64,000 nucleotides of DNA from Daphnia carinata (GCF_022539665.2 NC_081333.1:10230001-10294000); one strand, 5' to 3'; shown: positions 1-15,420, counted from the first letter of the stretch. Notes: a model not told the origin generated them from the sequence alone. Made by a program: numbers and translations.

Positions 1-1367
1 TAAAAGACAAGACTACACACAAACTATTTTGCATACGAGTTTTCTTTTTATTTATTTATTTTATTATTTTTTTTTTTTTCCTTAGTTCAAAGTCCCCCGC
101 CCCCTGAAAAGAGCGACAATCGTCAAGTGTTGCAGCCTCTGTTTTCTTTTGCTTATTAAGCCTCGTGTAGGAGAAAAATAATTTTTTTTGTTTGTTAGCC
201 GTTAAAGGCAAAAGCCAAGAGGCGGGAAAGGGGCGCGTGTTTGTTTGGATCGATGACGCCATCACGGCCGCACTTGACGCCCGCAGGAGAGTCCAAGGAG
301 ACCGGGATATATAAGGGAGTGAGAAAAGAAGGAAGAAAAAAAAAAAAAAAAAAAAAGGAAAGGGAAAGCGGAGCTAGAGTTCAAATGACCAACTGGGCAA
401 CAGTACGGTGCCTTTTCCAAGACCCACGTAGCCGGTCGGTTCTTCCCGCAGAGTTCCCTCGGTCCGGGAGTCCATTGAACGTAGACCTTTTGCGTTTTTA
501 TTGGAGAAGAGGGATGGGGGGCGTTTATACTCGAGCAAATGTGCATTGTTTCCATTTGAGATCTAATTGTACTCCTTTCTTTTTCTTGAAAATTTGAGAA
601 AAATGAAACAAATGCTACGTTTGCGTGCGTTTCTCTTAGTTAACTGCGAAAAGAGACGACGTTGACGGATGTGCGCAGTTGGGCCGTTAAATACAATAAC
701 GCTATACAGTTGGTATAGAGTTATAGGTGAATTGTACATAAAGCCGTAACCAGGCAACGCAAGTCCCAAGTCACGTACTTGTTATTTCTTGATTCTTCCA
801 GTTCGACCTTTCTTTTTTGTTTTGTTTTTTATGCTTTCGTGTATCTGTTGTGTCCACCAGTAGAGCCGCATACTTTATTGATTCCTTATCCCTCCGCATT
901 TTCTCCGTAAGAATATGGTGATGAGTATTTTCCATAAGGCAAGCGGCCCTGACGGACAAGTTCTAACAACGTACACAAAACCTGGCCAGCGTTTGTGCGG
1001 CCGTTTTCATTCCCGTTGCCACAACAAAACATTTGTTTGTTTGTTTGTTTGTTTGTTTTTTTTCTCTAAACTTCTCCTCTTTCCAGCCGAAAAAGGAGGC
1101 AAATATTTTCAAACAATAAAGAAAAAAATTGCGGAAGAGTTCGTATAGTGGGTGCGGAGGAGGTCGCGAGATAACGGCGCTGGTTCCGTCAGTTTTCTTA
1201 GTTACCGCACGTCACCTGTATCGGATTGAGCGCTGGCATCTTGTTGCGTGTGCGCTTTTATGACGTCACGTCGGCGGATGGGCGTACGAGTCAAACGACG
1301 ACACGAGGAAAAGCAAAAAAAAAAAAGACGGGGAAATGACAAACAATAGAGTAATCTCTTTCTCTCT

Positions 1368-1403
<36 letters not shown>

Positions 1404-3125
1404 TACCATTGCAACAACGGTGCAATTGATAAGCATTCGAATCTCCGTTATTCATAATAGGTGACGCTCTCTTATTGCGCTAAAGGTTGACGACACACTC
1501 CAAATGCCAAAGTGCTCATTTTAATTTGATGTTGGATGGCAAAACAGGTATACCCGTCGAGCACTTAGGGAAAGAAAATCTTGGTAAGTGATAAGGTGCC
1601 TAATGAGTTGTTGCTGATGGTGGTCTTTGTTGATGCTAACAACGAAGAGCTGGCATAAGAAAAAAAACAAAAAAAAAAAAAACAACAACAACAAACAAAC
1701 AATCGAGAAACTCTGCGTCTGTACGATCGCATGGCGCGATGACGTGAGAGGCTTTTGTAGAGAGTTGCGCTAGAAGAACCTGTTTGATATGGAGAGCAAG
1801 CGGTCGATCAATCGACGTGTTTTCTTCTGCCTTTTTTGTTGCTTTGTTTTATTATGAAAAAGAGATTATCCGTTGATTGTTGAACAAACCGTCGGATGTC
1901 GTGCTTCTTTTTTTCTGTCAGAAAAAGAAATATTTTTCGTTTTCTCGAAATACAGTTGCAATCTTCTGCGTAGCACAAAGAATTGATTCTCATGTTATAC
2001 CAGCAAGTTGTCCTCTTTGATTTCTCGGTACCCATTTTTTTGTTGTTCTTGTTCTTTTTCATTTAACACTCCTTTCTTTCTTCCCTCGCTATCCTACTTG
2101 ATTTCCTCTCTTCTTTTTTTTTTTTTTTTTTTTATCGTGCATTTCTCGTTTCCGAGAAAGCGTTAGAGACTTCCAGTCGTGTTGGGAAAGCTTCCTCCGT
2201 CCTATTTGACAGGTCAGCCCAGCCCCACGAACAACTCAAGAGAAAAAGCCCAGCCCCAGCCACGCCGAATGAACTTGATGGACTTTCTTTGGTGGTTGGT
2301 TGGCTAGTTGGCAGAATGATGTCATAGATCGTGTACGAGGCGCCTTTTTTTTTTTTTTTTTTGTTTTCTTTCTCCCGATTGTCTGATTCCCACTCCTCTT
2401 TCTATCCGTGTGTTTTGTTGGCTGTCTGATGTGTGTGGCAGCTCGACACACGAGGAGGAGCCGCTGCGTGCTGACGCCGTGCGCGCGGATCTCGTTACGA
2501 AAAAACGGACGATGGATGATGATGGAAAACAAACCGAAAGAACACGGATCGGTGCGCGTGTAGCACACCGTGTCTACTAGAAGAAGAAAAAAAAAAAAAA
2601 AAAACGGCCGGGGCCGCATCGTGAGAGATCAAGACCCCGGGAAAGAGACAGCAAAAGAGAGACATAGAACTAGTCTTGCGTGTGGTGTGTGAAAGAAAAG
2701 GGCGACGGCCGCCGTAGGGCTCGCGTTCTTTGGATGAATCATTTGGTGTTTCTTGGCGTCGAAAAAACACAACAACCAACAAACAACGAAAATCCGCTTT
2801 TGAAATAGACTTTTTTTTTTTTGTCTGTCTGTGTGCTGTAACACATCGTCATTGAAAATGCGCCGACTGTCTATGTTTTTTTTTCTTTTTTTTTTATAGG
2901 AAAGTCTACCAGGAGAGGAGAATCGTAGTGTTTCTGAGAGAAACCTGGCCACTACGCGCGTCGCTCTGAGGAAATCCAACAACAACAACGAAAACGTGGA
3001 AGGAAGGAAGAAATTGGTTTAAAAAAAAAAAAAAAAAAGGGGAACAGCAAAAAAAAAAAAAAAGAGACGCAAACCGACAAACTGAAAAAAAAAAAAAATA
3101 AAACGTGAAAGTCCGTCGCACTCCC

Positions 3126-3165
<40 letters not shown>

Positions 3166-3356
3166 AGGGGAGCAATGAACCTTTCTCCTCACCGTCCGTA
3201 AAGCTCCACTTCTCTTCTTGTTGTTTGGCCTGGTTAGCGGCTGCTGGCTGCTACAGTCGTGTAGGTATCTCTTTTCTCCTTTTTGCCTTGCCTATATGTG
3301 TTGCACGCAACGTACACACCGTCTGTGTATTAGCCATCCATCTATCTTTTCCATCT

Positions 3357-3388
<32 letters not shown>

Positions 3389-6054
3389 TTTTTTTTTTTT
3401 TCTGTTACGGGTAAGAAAAAAGATATTTTTACACTCGTGTGTGTGTGTGTGTGGGGTGACTAAACGTCTCGGCGGTTTCACATTGAAACGCTCCGCTGGA
3501 TGCAACAAAAAAAAAGAGGCAGATTGAAGAGGAACTTGAAACGCAGAAATTAAATTAAAAAGGAGACAAAAACGGAAAATGGGCGGAGGCGGAGGAAGTA
3601 ATTGCATTTGTTTTGTTTTTTTTCAAAAATAAAAATCTGACCCCCATCTCCGGGCGAAGGATTTAAAAAAAAAAAAAAAAAAAAAATGCGTTTGAAAACG
3701 GGGGCGAGAAAGAAATCCGCCATCATTGCTCGGCAAGCGTATAAATGTTCTCGGGGAAAAGAAAAAAGAAGACAAAAATCGCAAACAAAACAAATCAAGA
3801 GGTAGTTGGCGTTTGCTCTAGTAAACTTGGCTCACGCAGCAAAATAGAATAGTAAACCTGTAAAACGGAAAAAGAAAAAAAAAAAAAAAAAAAAAATTCC
3901 CAAAAATAACCAAAAGGAAATGAGAGCTAACAGGTACGAAAACGGTAAATCAAATCAAAAATGGCCGTAGACGGCCGAACGGTGAACGAAAAAAAAAAAA
4001 ATCTTCAAAAAATGCGCTGGCTGCGTGAAACGTTATAAATATGTACGTGTCGTTGTTATTGTTTGTCGCTGTTGTATAGCTGCAAAAAAAAAAAAAATAA
4101 AATAAAATAAAAACAAATATAGGAAGAAGAGACAAGTTGGACATTACGGAATCAGTAACGGTATTGAGCCACAGAGGCCAGCCGTTTTTCTGTTCATATC
4201 AAAAGGAGTCAAACAAAAGAGGAAAACAGACGAGCAAGGCTCGACGTAGGTAACGCTCGACAATCACACGGACATTATCCGTATTACTTATGCGCAACAA
4301 ATACGCGATGTGCAGTTACGGTGATTCACAAAAAAAACAAAAAAAAATGTAAGCAGATAAATTAGATCCCCCACCTCACCCTCCACCGCCTAATTTTTTT
4401 TTTTTTTTTTTCTTTTAATTTTTCACCGAGACAAACGCGGCCTCTTATTAGAATATTTAGAGAGCGATGGGATCGACGAAACAACCAAAACACTCACGTT
4501 GAGTTGCGTGTGCGCGACGTGAATCCGTGACCGAAACGGTGACGGCTGCGCTCAACCTCTCTTCATTTTTTTTTTTTTTTTTTGTTTTGTTTTTTGTTTT
4601 CCTCCCTTCTTTTTCTCTCTTTTTCTCTCTCTTTCTTTCGCTCTCCTCTTTATCATCATCATCATCTACCACCCACCTTACAAATTCAACCATTTTATTT
4701 GTGAACGAATCACCCGACATCTACGGTCGTTCCCGGACAACTATACAAAATGTCTTCCCCAAGAAGTTTAAAAAAAAAAAAAAAAAAAAAGACGATTGAC
4801 AACTCCCTTTGCTTGTCGTTTGATGGCTATTCACGCAACCCTTCCTCAACATCGTACGCACTCAGCCGTCGTTTAAAAACAAAACAAAACAAAAAAAAAA
4901 GATATATATCCAACCACAAATCGTAACAAAGCGATATACGCATTATCTTAGATATAAGAGAGAATCGCGAGGTACGGAGGCTCTGAAAAAAAAAAAAATA
5001 ATAAAAAAATGGGAAAGGCAACGGTGTAACGCTTCGATGCAGATCTCGTATGACAAGAAGATGAAAGAAAAAAAAAAAAAAAAAAAAGAAAACAGGAGAG
5101 AGAAAAAAAAAATAAATTATATAGCGTCGTTGAACCTCTGAGTCCCTCCTTCCGTCGTTCGTCCTCCCGCCACCTCACCATCACCTCATTTCGTCCTAGA
5201 CGATGGGAAAAAAAGAAAAAAAAAAAAATGCTTGTTCCTTTTGGCTGGCTCCTTTCAACTGGTTTTGATGTCAGCTCCTCCCAGTTTTTATTCCGACCGG
5301 AATGGGATCTCGGATTTCGAACCGGGCGACAATAGCCTACTCTACTACGATAGGTTTAGTACAAGTACAGCTCTACCTACTTTTCCTATGCCCGCCACAG
5401 ACGGACTTTTTCTTTTTTGTCCGCCTTTTTTTTTGTTTTTTTTTTGCTTTTCATCAAATTCTTAAATTCATTCAAATTCAAAAATTCTTATTATACAAAT
5501 AGCGTGTACAATGAAAATAAAGAGTTTATATATTTGAGAGCTTTCGAGTTGTCGACACATTTTTGTAAGAATTTTCAATTTGCAATGGTTTTGTGTCAAT
5601 TCCCTCTTTTTTTTTTCCTTCTTTTCAAAAACAAATGATTATTCCTTGCTTTTTTGCTTATCCAGCAGAATGGTTGTCCCACTTTGTCAGTCTTTTGTTT
5701 TCTTTCTTGTTTTTTTTTTTTTGTTGTGTTTTTTTTTTTTGTTTTTTTTTTGCGAGCTTTGCTGTTTGCCTTTCCCCTCAATCAAATTTCTCTTCTTTAC
5801 CCGACTTATTTTTTTTTTTTTTTTTTCTTTTTGCTCCGCTGTTTTCGGGTGTGTGCGCGTATGTTTGCGTGCACCGGGTGTTATTTTTCCGCGTCTTCTT
5901 CTTCACGTCATTATTATTATTCCGTTTTCTTTTTTCTTCCAAGACTCTTAGAGGCTACTACTTTTCCTCTAGTCACTCACGATGTGTATGGGGGCGCATC
6001 CTTGTGCAGATCGACGGCAAAAAGGGGCTGGCGGATGTCAATAATTACACGCCT

Positions 6055-6089
<35 letters not shown>

Positions 6090-7520
6090 CTCGCATTCTC
6101 TTTCTCTTCGTTTTTCTGAATGGGTATTATTCTCTCATTAATTCACGGCAATGGCCAAGGCTTTCGTTTTATACCAAACGACTGGTATATGGAACAGAGA
6201 ACAAACAAAAAAAAAAAAAAAAAAAATCAAAATCAAAAAATAGAAAGAGGGTAAAGATATCGAATAACAACGGCCAACAAGACAAAGGGAAATGCAACGA
6301 CACGTCAAGAAAAAGGTAGTCGAGTCCGGATGGATCCGGCAAAACAACATTGGGCGGCCGAACGAGATACGGTCAGAACGGGAACAAGGCGAAGTTGGAA
6401 ATTGGGACTCGTTTTTGTTTTTTGTTTTGTTTTATTTTTATTATCCCTCCGTTGATTTCCCACCACGCAATTCTAAAATATACAGGGAAGCGGGCAGATA
6501 AGAAAGGAAAATAGAAACGATAAAAAAATAAAAGTAAAAATAAAAAAAAACAGAGCTTGACGCGGTAATTTTCGAATGATACCAAACGGACGCGAGATAT
6601 CAGTATCCGATTTTTTTTTTTTCCTTTACCCGAAAACAAATAAAACAACGATAGGAAGATTTAAAAAAAAAAAAAAAAAAAAAGGGCGAGTTGACGAAAC
6701 AGCTGATTGCGCCATCAAACCAAAACGGAGACCATCACAATTACGGATAAACATGAATAACGAGATGATATTCAACCCGATAAATATCCAAATATGCTTG
6801 AAAAAAAAAACAAAAAAAAAGAAAACAAATAAAACAATGAAATTAAACGACTAAACTACCATTTTTGCTGTTTCAACCTTCAACGGCGGCGTGAACACGC
6901 AAAGTATTCCCTATTCTATGGGTGGGGGGGGGGGGAGGGGAAGCGAATATTTTCGAATCCACGTCATCGCACCATACATCAAATAATAGTACATGGTCTA
7001 AATAAGAAGCGGTAGGCACGCGGCTTAAAAAAGTCTCTCTTACCTTGACCCAAACATGGTGGTCGATGAGAAATATCTGGGTGAGTAGAGTTCGAAATCC
7101 GGTGTTCAATGAAGATGTGGCGTAGATTCTGGCACAAGCGAAGAACCGCGTGACCAAAAATCAATGCACCAGAGTTAAGATAATCCGTTTAGTCACCGAG
7201 CTACGATCGTGACAAGCAAGGTGTGTGTGTGTGTGTGTGTATATGTGTGTGCGATTCTCTTTTTATTTGATTTATTTTATTTTTTTTTTTTTATGTCGCG
7301 ATCAGTGACGCCTATGTTTTCGTTGTGCCAACTCTTATTTTTTTTCTCAGTCAGTTTGTTCAAGCGTTAGCTCCTTATTTTGTTTCGTTGGCTGCGTCCT
7401 TTCAAATGCGTGTGTGTCCTTTTCCCGGCACTGGCACTCATAGACACACCGCGCGCGTACACACTCACGCACACACTCACACGGCGTTGTTATTCACTCG
7501 TTTGCGCACACCTTTTCCCC

Positions 7521-7551
<31 letters not shown>

Positions 7552-9420
7552 TTCTATGTGTTTTCACGCGCTGTTGCGAGTTCACGATAATGGTAATCCA
7601 CGTTGGCTGGCGCCCACTTCTGCCAGGTCAATAAGACAGCTGATGGTCGCGTTCATTTCTTCACCGTTTTTTGTTCGTCTTTTTCGCTCACGAAGACAAG
7701 AATTTCGAGGGGATCATGAAAATAGCCAATGAAACGATCGGCTGGCACCGCAAGGTTTCCTTGATTTTCCTTTTTTTTTCCTTTTGTGTTGATTATTTTT
7801 GTGTTGTTGGCCTGGCTTTGCCTTCAGGGCTTGCGATAGGACAACAAGGCTGAGAGCGCGCGAGTTTCAAACTTGAAATAGAAATAAAAAGAAGTCCCGA
7901 TTCAATGTTTTCTTTTCTTTTTCTTGTTGAAGAAATTCAAGAGGGCCGGTCTTGTGATGCGGTGGAATGCTGGCGAGATCTTTTTCTTGTCGTTTTCATG
8001 CGCCGACGATCGCATCGGCGTCCAGCAACAACGTCGTCCACATCAACAAAGCGAATCGACTGTTGTGCAGCTCCTTGTCCCTCCTCTCAGATTTCTTACG
8101 CACCAGGCGGTAGACGGACGGAGCAAAAAAAAAAAAAAAAACAAAAACAAAAAGAAAAATAGCCTTTTTTTTTTTTAAATTTTTATTCTTCGTCCGGAGC
8201 GGCTGCGAACGAAAACGAAGGAAAAAGGATCGACGTTGAAGAAGAAAATAAAGCGTGCGCACTGATTATTTGCATCCGAATTGATTTACAATTCAAATAC
8301 GTGGCTGCAGAGAGGCCGGCACACGAGAAGACACAAGCATCGCATTGGCTCTTTCTTTATTTAAATAAGAAGAGACCGGAACGTATTTTGCGGATGATGT
8401 TCGGAAGGACCGCAAGGAAACGGATCACTGTTTGTCTCACACGTGCGGATTGCGTGAAGACGATCACGCACAAAACGATCACTTGTATTGAACTGTTGGC
8501 AAACGTAAATGAGTGCGCTAGTTCAAAATTATTTTGGAGTTTCTTTCAGCTGGGCTGGTGTGTCCGCTTAAAAGTCCGGGTGTTCCACACCAACAACTTG
8601 GCACTGAATGAATGGCGGATGGTCAATTTCTGGCACTGTATATTACGTTTGAAACCTTTCCTTTTCTTTTTTTTTTTCTTTCCCCGTTTTTTTCGCTATT
8701 ATTGAAGCGCGCGGCTAACGGATTGTTGGCCAGCAGAAGACACACACAACACTTCCACAATCACGCACGCACTGCAGAAAGAAATGAACAGATCAGTTTG
8801 TTTTGTTTTTTTTTCTTCAGTTTCTTTCACTTTGTATTTTACGTTTTTCAAAACAATCAAAAAAAAAAAAAATATGAAAGCGCAAAACAAAAACAAAAAA
8901 TGTCCACCAATTGCAACGAGAGTCAAAAACTGTACTCGAACTGCGACGACGACAGTTCGAGTTGCATTGAAGTAATAAGAACAAAACAAAAAAACACGGA
9001 CGGGTATTCAGAGACGTGCTGCCCGGTCGTGCGCTACAGGCATTCTGACCGAAGCGTGGAACATTCCTTCTGCTTTTTTGGCCGCCACACACACACACAC
9101 ACAGACACACAAACACACAGAGAGAGACCAGACCCAGACCTAAAGGAGAGGGAAGCAATGGGGTAGGGAGGTTCGGGTTGGGTGGAGACGAGAACAGGGG
9201 CCGGGAAAAAAAAAAAAAAAAAAAAAGGAAAGAGAGAGAAAATATATTTGAAAAATAAAAAAAAGAGGGAGGAAGAAGAGAGAGAGAGAGACGGAGGGTC
9301 TACGTGCTGCCGCTGCCTTGTTCAATGCAAGTGGGGAGCCCCACCGGAGCTGGCAGTATCATCAGCATATAGCGCAGTTTCGAGCGGGTGACACCAGAGG
9401 GATGCGGTACTATCCGCGTC

Positions 9421-9441
9421 CGCTCTCCTCTCTCTCTCTCT

Positions 9442-9487
<46 letters not shown>
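9421..9487. repeat. (CT)n/(GA)n microsatellite, representative of many GAGA tracts (e.g. 10916-10952, 33858-33890, 35977-36005, 38726-38776)
   Basis: Directly visible dinucleotide runs. Confidence 0.95.
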
Positions 9488-9488
<1 letters not shown>

Positions 9489-10272
9489 ATTTCGATTTTT
9501 TATTCTTTCATTCTTTTCTTTCTTTTCATTCGTCTCTCCTTTCAATTCAATACCTCCCCTCCCCCCTGTTTTGGTGGAGTTCCCAATGTTTCGGTGTGTG
9601 TGAGTGTGTGTGTGTGTGTGTGTGTCTGTCTGTGTATAAGCGTCTAATGTTTCGAATTCAAACCGCAGAAACAAGAATGGGGGAAAAAAAAAGGAGGGGA
9701 AAGAAAACAAAACGGAACGGAACGTAGAGAAGAAAATAGAAATAGAAAAAGAAATTAAATGTATTTAAAAGAAAAAAAAAAAAAAAGATCAAATTCTTTC
9801 GTTTTCGTTCTGAACTGTTGGGTCCATTTTGCTGCTGTCCAGACAAATCGGTTAGGCACGGACCGATAACCTGATTGTACCTACTTTGCCACTTTAAATA
9901 CAATTCATCACGGCAAATCGCGTCGAATTTTCCAGAAAAGCCGATCCCCTTGCTTTTCGAAAAACAAAAAATTAAACGCAATTAAAGGCAGATATAAACC
10001 AAAATGGTTCGCTGCTGTTGCCTTGGCAAGGAGAGGCTGTGAACGAGTAGTTCAATCCCACAATAATCACACCCTCAACGCTTTTATTTGCGCCATTTGT
10101 TTTAGATATATGCAGGGCGGTACGCACAAATGCATTTATTGCTCCACAAACATAGGGTGCGTCTTTGTGCAAATAGAACGTACATAGCAAAACAAAATAT
10201 GGGGAAAAAATACGTGTCGAAAAACATAGGATGCCAATGGTAAGAATAGACGCGTTGTGATACATAAGGTTT

Positions 10273-10310
<38 letters not shown>

Positions 10311-10669
10311 CTGAGATACAGCATGTAACCTTGTATAGATGTATACAACTCCGGTGTTGCTCTTCTATTAGCACGAATGACCAGAGGTCTTTTTTTTTTC
10401 TTCCCCGCACAAACACAAGTCTATATATGTACGGCTATACTTGTGATCAATTCAAAGAAGCGCACACACACTGGCGCAAATAGATTGTGGGCTTATGGCA
10501 AACCCCAGACACACACAATGGGCAAGCCAACTAAACATAGTCAGACAAAGTCTCCCAAAGATGAATAAGGACAAAGGCGGAATGATATTAAAAACATGAT
10601 TCGTGAATATGTAATTTTTCGCTACGTTTCAACAGGAGTTTCAAATCATTTTCTTTTCTTTTTCTTTGC

Positions 10670-10701
<32 letters not shown>

Positions 10702-10911
10702 CTGAAATCACCTCCGAGGTGTTTACTTCTCGGTCGGCTCCGAACGTCTTTTGGCTCGCATGGGCCTGTCAAGACGAGAGGAGACGAATAAGAAGCCCAC
10801 TTTTTGGGCCCTGGCAGGCATGGGATGAAAACGAGCGAACAGTAAAGAACAAGCTGGAATAAAAGACATAGACGGGGCACAAGTACAAAATAGATGGATA
10901 CACAAAAGGCC

Positions 10912-10958
<47 letters not shown>

Positions 10959-11276
10959 AAAGGAGGAGGGGAAAAAAATCTACTTAATATAAGAGGAATA
11001 TAATCAAATATAGCGAATGAAAAACAGGGAAATGGAAGTAACTGCACAAATACACACACGAGCACGTTACCGAGGTACACAGAAGAGCATACGAAAGAGA
11101 GAGAGGGAGAGACACACAAAACGTTGAAAAAAAAAAAAAAAAGAAATATTCTATATAGCCCCATATGGGCGTATATAAGGAGAGGGGAAAAAAAAAGAAG
11201 AGCAGAAGAGCCAATGAGGACCGAGAAAAGAGAGGTGGAAATATATGGGCACCAGATATGTTTTCTATATGGCCAA

Positions 11277-11308
<32 letters not shown>

Positions 11309-14300
11309 TCTGTGAACGCCGGAGAGTGACGCTCAATTTATGCAGCACCGTCGCTTAACCATTTTCCCCCTCTTTATTGTGTTCGTTTTATTTTGTTTTC
11401 ATCTTGATAAAATCCTATTTGAAATCCATTTAACTTTGACTTTGATCAAATTTGATTCATTTGGATCTGAAAATTGGTGATCCAATCGCCGGGGCGGCAA
11501 TCCCCCAATGTCAACATTTCCGATAGTGTTTTCAACGAGAGTTTATCTCTTGTGTGTCTTATACCACCGTCCGGTTCCATTAAGAAATGTTTTGCATTCC
11601 AATCGATTTCTCGTAAAAGTTCACGACCTTTCTACTCTGACTCCCTACCACATCCTAAAAAATTTGAATAAAGAAAGAAAGGAAAGAGTTAGTTGAAGAT
11701 TTATTTCTTATTTGTGTGTGTGTGTGTGTGTGTGTGTCGTTGTCTTGACTCATCGGTCGACCTTGCATGTCTTGTCAGTCACATTTTTAATGACTCACCT
11801 AATAGGCGGCCTTTGAAAAGATCGATTAGAATTTTTACGTAAGCGACATATTATTTAGATATCTGTGCCGGACGTTTCCCAACTCTCTGCACGAACGAGA
11901 AAAAGAAATGACATCTGATGAATATTCAAATTAGGAGGAGAAACAAAAAAAAAAGGAGGAGGAGGGGGGAAATAATTTTAAACATTTTTACTGTTGACAG
12001 AGCAAAGAAGCGGGATTGAAGGAGGACAGACATTGCCGGAAAAACATTGTTAAATAAAGAAAAAAAAAAAAAAAATACATGTCCCTCCTCATTGTCCTCC
12101 TTTTCATTCCACCTCCTTATTTCTCCTTTGTTGTTCCTTACAGTCCCGTCTCGGCAACTTGATCAAACATTTCCCGAGACCACCCAACCTTTTTTTTTTT
12201 TTTTTCTTGCCCCCCCCCCCCTCCCCCCTCCTCCTCCTTCATTCAAGGATTGAAAGCAGACAAGTACAAAAAAAAATATGGCGGAAATGGCAAAAGAAGG
12301 GAATAAGGAGCGCTAAGGCAAAAGAGGGGAAAAAATAAAAGACTGTTATGTGGGGGAGGTCCGTGAAGACGTCATAGCCTCCCCCCCCACCCCCCCCTCC
12401 CGCCTTTTGCCTCCTACCCTTCACATCAATCCCGCTTGTAACGTGCCCTCTCGGAAGGAGAAGAGTGGGTTGCAAAAACTGCTGCTCTTGTATGGGGCGC
12501 GAGTATATACACACAGCGTGACGTCAGCCGCCGTTTGCTGCGCTCACGGCACTTGATTGGTTGCTGACGTCCTTGTTCAGTAAAACCGACAATGGGCTCC
12601 CGGTGTCTGCGTGCGTTGGCTGACCGAAAAAAAAAAAAAAGAATAAAAAGAAAAACAGAATTGAATAAATAAAAATAGAGAAACGTGAAAAATAAACGTA
12701 GATTGAGGTACAAAAAAAAATATATTTTAAAGTGAAGGGAGCGCATCAAAATGTAATGCGAACGCAAGGGCAGGATAAACAAAAGCGGGAATTTTTATCG
12801 ATGTCTCTCTGTGAGTATAAATAAAACAGCGAGGTCGTAAAATGCTTTTGTCTTAACCCAATGTCTCTGGACGAAACAAGAACGGAGTGATGAGCTCAGC
12901 GATCGACTCGAATAGCGCAACCTATATGAATAAGCGATAACCGATTTTGAACGCTCTAATCCGCTAACTGAGAGAAGGAGGGGGGGGGTCCAAAATTCAA
13001 CCGCTATCAAACTGTTGATGTACACACGGCCGATGTAATGAACTTCGCACTTGGGTCAATTGCTCGGGTGCAACATACGCTACGCACGAGTTACTATACG
13101 TATAGAATCGTAATCGCTTGATCTTACATTTTCCTTATCTATAGGGGAAGTTCTTTTTATTATATAGATGAAGCAATTGAAAAGAAAAAGAGAGAAACGA
13201 TTTAAAAAAAAAATACGGTAAAGCATATGTTGAAACATTTAGAAAAATAAAATAGAGATTTGTTTTTTAGTGATATCGATTCGATGTCAGAGAAAACAAA
13301 AGAACATCGGCCCTTTCGGAGCTTGTTGTGTTTTTCATTGAATGGGGTTTCGGTGTGTCCCTTCCTTCTCTTTCCATACACACTCACACGCATACCCATT
13401 GCTTTGGCTTAGCCGGCACGCATGATTGTGTTCTGTACAACGCGCCCACTTGGCGGACCTAAGGCTGGACTGCGCTCCTTCCCTTTGGCCTTTCGGTCAT
13501 TTTGGCCACCCACCTCGAGAGAGGCGGGAAAGAGAGACGCCCCCGATCAACAGACTCCCGAGATTAACCAATAAGGAACCCTAACTCGGATTAGCTGTAC
13601 GAACTTTTTCTTATTTAATAATATTATTGTTATTGAAAAAGCTTTCAGATTTTGTTTTTCTTTTTGTTTTTTGTTTTTGTTTTCTTATGAATTTTATTTT
13701 TGATTCAGCGGCCAAGGATGCCACGGTCGCCTATTTCAACATTTTCTATTTCTTCTTGTGTTATTTCATTTTTCTTTTTTACGCGCACTCTATTTCCAGC
13801 TATTCGTGGAAAATGAAAGGAAACAAGAGACGCAAGTGAAAAAAAAAAAAAAAAAAAAACGGGGAGGAGAGAAATACACACACACACACATACAGAAAAA
13901 AAAAAAACATAAATACGTAAAACTGAAAATGTATCAGGAGCCAAAGCTAAAACGAAAAAGAATATCGGAGAAAAAAAAAAAAAAGGAGAAACTCACGCCC
14001 GGTCTACACGGCCGATATGCTGCGTGCCGTTTTCTTTTGCCAACATTCAGTGCAAGGACGAAAGCGGCTATTTGGCTGCAGGCTATGAATGCGCTGCAAC
14101 AACAGGCGATCGGCAGACTGTTGAAAACCATCCGGATGTTCCTTTTTCTCTCTTTCTTTTCTATTCGTGCAATTATGTATACTAGATAGCAAGATACAAT
14201 TGATTTCAAACGCTGATATTAGTGATGACAAGCGATAAGATCGTTATTTCAATTCATTACAATGATGATTTATTCGGTGACACGAGTTAACCGCAACGCT

Positions 14301-14937
14301 GAAAGATGCCGGGAGGGAACACGTATAGTGACTACTTCCACACACACATTACAAAAAAAAACAAAAAAACATACACACACAGACAAAGAAATACCAAGAA
14401 TATAAACCATCCAACAAAAGACGTACGTCTTTCTTTTTCTCTTCTTTTTTTTTTTTATTTTGCGCAAACAAAACGTGACGAAAATCTCGGAAATGCAGCG
14501 TTACAACATCGCCTTTACAATCAAATATACACGTCCTTGGATGTGATTTTCTCTCATTCTTTAATTTTTATTATTTGATCTGGTCTCGCCTGTAGTTCCC
14601 CGCGTTTTGTCGCCGACAACAAAAGTCGACCAACAACCACAACAGGAACAATACAGAAGAGAAAAATCAAAAAAAAAAAATTTATATATATGAAAAGACT
14701 TGGAAACAAACAATTAAAAAGAAAGTCGCCAGTGCAATTTCAGTATAAGAGCAACAACACCAAAAAAAGGAGAGAGAGAGAGAGAGAGAGAGAAACAGAC
14801 AGAGAATTTGTACTATAAGAAGAGAGGAGAGAAATCGCGTGTTCGCCCCGTTCTTTTCGTTGGCGGAGCTGCTTCCGCCGAGCGCGACGCCAGCGACGCT
14901 CGCCGTCATTGCCTACTTTTTCTTTATGTCATTCTCT

Positions 14938-14970
<33 letters not shown>

Positions 14971-15372
14971 TTGGTTTCTTTTCATGAGCCAAAGAAGAAA
15001 ATCTCTTTCTGCTTGGGTGTGTGTATATATACATTGGATTTCCCCTCCCCCTCTTTGTCCATTATAAGGTAACTAGAGTATGACCCAATTCAAATCTGCT
15101 GTTTCAATAGGACAGGCGTGTGCGCTTGCTTATTTCGTCCCCCAACTCCCTTCCACCCTTTTTATTTCGAAAACATTCCATCGTTTCAATTTTTATTTTG
15201 TTTCTTTCTTTTTTCATTTCATCTATTTTTTTTTTTTTTTTTTTTTTTTTTTGGTTCAGGCCGTTCACGGCTAAATGAATATGAGAAACAGTCCGCGAGT
15301 CGGCCAAGCCATTCAAACATTTTAACGGGCCATCCTGTATGTAGGCTACTCGTGTACGCCATATATCCTACA

Positions 15373-15376
<4 letters not shown>

Positions 15377-15412
<36 letters not shown>
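15377..15412. repeat. (CTG)12 trinucleotide microsatellite
   Basis: Perfect CTG repeat with degenerate CTA/CTGTTG flanks. Confidence 0.95.
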
Positions 15413-15420
<8 letters not shown>

